Source: Emiliania huxleyi CCMP1516
Lineage: Eukaryota
Length of the DNA stretch: 64,000 nucleotides
Reading direction: 5' to 3'
NCBI RefSeq assembly: GCF_000372725.1
Contig: NW_005201851.1
Location: forward strand, 123,953 to 187,952
The notes beneath the pieces are model-generated. The model saw only the letters and a program-made list of their open reading frames with translations. It searched no databases and had not been told where the DNA came from. The number at the start of each line of letters is the position of its first letter. The first letter of the stretch is position 1. The translations under genes and the position numbers were made by a program. Positions 60,345-64,000 of this stretch are shown one piece after another.

Positions 60345-62002
60345 TCTAGGGTACGATACTTGACCCCCCCCCCTTGCGCCTCGTGTTTTTCGTGCCAAAC
60401 CAGCGCGATCTCGGCGGGGCGTCAGCGCCTCTCGGAGGGGCATCATGCGCTGCCGGGGCCGCCCGACGGCGCGGGCCTCTTGCCGATGGACCCAGCCGAG
60501 GTGCCCGACCAGTCGGAGTGGCGCTGACGCGCCGCGCGCGACCACCAGCCAGCTTTCCGGCCGGGCCGAGAACGGTGTGTCGAGAAAGTAGACACTCCAA
60601 ACAGTTGCCGAGTTTTTTGCCTCTTTTTGAGCGATGCTGCTGCACACCCAGCCCACCAGTGATACTAGAAGCACCAGATTTACCCCGTCGCGAGCTTGAC
60701 CGCGACCCCGATGACCGCCCACAGGTGGCTGACGAAGCGCCACTCATCGCTGCTTTCGCGCGCCTGCTCCACAGAGGGCTCCTGCGGCTCTCCCTCGTCG
60801 CGTGACCGCCGCCGACAGCATGTGCTCGGTCGTGCCCGCCGGCGCGGAGCTGCGCCACGTCGAATTGTTCGGCGGCTCGACCGCCGGCGCGCCCATCCTC
60901 GCCTCCTGCGCGCCTCACACCCAGTATTTTCCTCGCGCGCGGCCGACAAAGTAGGCACACGACCACCTCCCTCCCACTCACCCCCCCCCACGATGCACAG
61001 CCCGTCCACTCTCGCCGGCAAGGCGCACGGAACGCCCAATTTGGGCTGGAAATGCCGCCGCCACGGGTTGGTGGCGCCCTCGGCAGCGGGGCAGCGCCAC
61101 GCCGCGCAAACTTGCGCGACAAACTTGCGACCTCTGTCCCTCGTATTCACCCCAGATTTTGCCCTATCCAGGCTCACCCGGTACCGCGAGCGACGAGCCG
61201 CGCCAAGTTTGCTCCATTTCCGACAAGTTCATCCCGCCCGAACGCCGATCTTCGGCCGCCTGGAGGCCCAGGACGGGGCTCGGGACCGGCCAGGTGTGGA
61301 TTCTCCACGGCGCTGCGGTGTATCTGCGCGCCCATGGCGCGTTCAGGGGTGTGCCTGAGGCGTGTAGACTGCGGGGCGCCGCGATAGCGCGGCGCCGACG
61401 GTTGTGTCGCGCACTGTCACACCGTCGACACGGTCACAGTGTGTGTGCAGTGCGTCCACTCCGGCGACCGTGACGCCGTCGGTTCTCGCCTATACCAGCT
61501 AGTGTGGAGCTCTCAGTGTGGTTGCGTGTCTTACTAGTGATGCTGCACTAGGCGGCCCGTTTTTAGCAAAAAGCAGATACCACATCGCGTGTGGTCGTCG
61601 AAAAACCGCATCTTCGCCCGTCTGGGACCTCTTCGTACGGCTCCAAAAACCGCTCCTTAACGACGGCTACGCGGCCCGGCGGTCGATCTGCGCCTTCTCA
61701 GCGGTGGAGGGGATGTGGGCGGTATGTGCGTACCGCGTGGTGTTGCGACGGTTTGACGAGTGCGACTCCCAGCGTCGACTTTTCGACCCCACGGAGCCTC
61801 TGCTGCTCCGGGGGGGGGGGTCTGCAGACCACCCGGCCGAACTTCAGAGTGGCGGTGCTCCTCAAATACCGCTCAAACGCCCACGATGTTGTGGAGGGGA
61901 CATATGCTGATGATCCTGGCCCGATTGGTTCGCTCAGAAAGCTTCTGGGCGGTCGTTAAGGTTCGCTCCCCGCACACCGGCCCGGAAGTATCGTACCCTA
62001 GA
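60345..62002. mobile_element. ~1.65-kb non-autonomous TIR DNA transposon-like element
   Basis: Perfect 17-bp inverted repeat tctagggtacgatactt (60345-60361) / aagtatcgtaccctaga (61986-62002); no transposase recognised inside. Confidence 0.6.
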
Positions 62003-62401
62003 GGCTCTCGCTCGACCTCGGCAATCCGCTCTGGTTAGCGCGAGCGCCCTCTAGGCGCTAGGGGGGCGCATAGCCGTCGACTCCCCCGCTGGAGGCGGCA
62101 GCGACTGCCTGCCGGCTGCCCCGCACGTTGATCGGGAAGTTTTGCGGTGAAGACTGTCTGTGTCGGCATCGCCCTGCCTGGCCCTGGGAGCGCTGGGCCT
62201 GCGGGTCGCGGACACAGAGGTGGAGGCGCTTGACGGCGGCGGCGGGGGCACCCTGATAATGCATAGCATGCTTCTGTGGATCGATGTAGTACAGTGTGGG
62301 GACAGGACGAGGCACAGGTATGTTGCAGTGAGTGAGTATACACACACCACACGTGCTGCACGAATTCTTTTTCGGTTCACACCTGTGTCGAGCCTGTGTG
62401 C

Positions 62402-62688
62402 TGTATGTAGTAAGGTGAAGAACAGTCAGGCTCGGACTGGACACCAACGCGGTATGGGTGGACGCAAGACAGATGATGACGACACGCACGAGCGACACAC
62501 AGACACAAACAAGCTCACAAGACACACAGCCAGCGGGCTGCCACACATCCTGAGTGGGCGTACACATCACTCAGGCCACGTCCCCCCTGTCGCCCCCCCC
62601 AGCACTCCAAGGTGCCAAGAGACAAACAACAGCACAACAACACAGACAGGCGACAGGGGCGAACGTGTGAGACTAGAGCAGGCTTGCT
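62402..62688 (-). mobile_element. Family A repeat copy
   Basis: Near-identical reverse complement of ~3355-3640. Confidence 0.8.
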
Positions 62689-63651
62689 GTGAGAGAGAGA
62701 GAATTCTTGATACGAAACCACGACGACACACACCAGTCGACTCGCATCGGTTGCCTCCATGAACGGCGGAGCTATTCTCGCGCCCACACCACACCTGGCT
62801 CCAACGTGGACACGCCCATAGCTGGGGACACTACTAGGTCACGCATGGCATCACAGAAGTTTTATCTCTGGGCCCCGAAAGGCATCTCTAGCAGTGTCGT
62901 TACACATGCCCCCTCCCCTCCTGGGCGCATGCGCCTCACGTCTCGCCAGAGCATAAGCCCTTGGCGTGTGGCGAGACGAGTTTTTCGCCATCGCAGCGAG
63001 CAGCAAGCCGCCCGCCGCAAACAGCCGGAGGCATCGCCACGGCACTGGCTGCGCCGCGGTCCCGCACCCGTCGACGCAGCTCCCCCCGCGGAAGACCGCG
63101 CGTAGCAACGTCTTGACGATCGAGATGAGCGCGCTCGAGGCTCGCCCACCTACTGCCCCTGAGAGTTGGTTATGAGTGGGCTCGGCTCCCCCCCTTGGGA
63201 TCGAAGCTTCCACGACCTCACACCCAACACCACAGGTGGGATCAGAGAGAGACTCCGCACCGGACACCGCCCGGGCACAGACTCCCTACCCATCGGATCG
63301 CACAGGGCCCCCTCGGAGCAGCCCACACACAATCACGCATCGGCAGAATTAGTGCCTGAGTCAGGCAGACAGCACAGACAAGGAGAGGAGAGAGAGGAGA
63401 GAGAGAGAGAGGAGAGGGGAGAGGGTGAGGGTGTGTGCACACGTGTGGAGAGGGAGGGTGTCTGTGGTGGGCTGTAGTCGTACTACGTGGTTAAAACCAC
63501 GCGCCCCTCAGGAGCTTAAGGTAGAGTGGAGCGTCCCAGACGCCTCGGTGCCTCCCACCGGGTGAGACCATCCGGATCTGCCTGCCGCGTCCTCCGTACG
63601 CAGCAGTCCCCGCGATGGCCCACGGTCCTCCGTCGCCTGGTTGAACCCCCT

Positions 63652-63700
<49 letters not shown>

Positions 63701-63822
63701 TGCTGTGAGAGACTATGTTGTTTAAATTCTTTTTCGGCGACGGCAAGAGCCTCGGCCAGACGCGATAGCCGCCGAACGATACCCGCCGGACGATAGCCGC
63801 CGGAGCTCGTGAGCGAGCCGTC

Positions 63823-63951
63823 ATGGTTGCGAAGACGGCCAAGGAGAAGATGGCTATTCTGGTAAGAAAGGGCGGCGAGCTGGGCACCTGGGGCCAGAAG
63901 AAGCCCGGCTTCTACAGCCTCTCCATCCTGTACGACGCCGCCGAGAAGCAG
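63823..63951 (+). CDS. Probable first exon of an unknown gene running out of the window
   Basis: ATG ~95 bp after an AATTCTTT tract; MVAKTAKEKM...DAAEKQ then a CAG|GCACGC GC donor. Confidence 0.35.
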
Positions 63952-64000
63952 GCACGCCGGAGAAGAGCGACGCATAGCACCGCACCTCTCCTCTCCTCGG

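Overview
GC-rich eukaryotic draft-genome window with five N-gaps (20936-21712, 25831-25930, 33102-33201, 52115-52214, 54592-54691). GC-AG introns filled with 10-11 bp satellites, multi-AP2 genes and the RCC1 expansion suggest a haptophyte such as Emiliania (Gephyrocapsa) huxleyi; this is inferred, not proven. Recognisable spliced genes: the 5' part of SPT6, an MMACHC/CblC-like gene, a TLC-domain protein, a nucleotide-sugar transporter and an EF-hand protein. Accessory, mostly intronless genes: five F-box/RCC1-family beta-propeller paralogs (three with the F-box visible), ARM-repeat and HNH ORFs, a U-box/Mind-bomb-repeat protein, an AP2 protein and a fucosyltransferase-like ORF. These lie among CRE-like non-LTR remnants, very short retroposon 3' ends, TIR elements and telomere-associated CCATGG satellites. 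Most notable: (1) F-box-RCC1 genes with a fixed framework, hypervariable surface codons and blades shared between paralogs, i.e. a candidate diversified receptor repertoire; (2) many introns that start with a copy of the next exon, several ending in a 39-bp cassette that supplies CAG in either orientation; (3) a candidate ARM + YxDL/HxxxxGxxEGR motif + HNH nuclease fusion; (4) an array of ~39-bp hairpins with variable loops. All gene models are manual and approximate.
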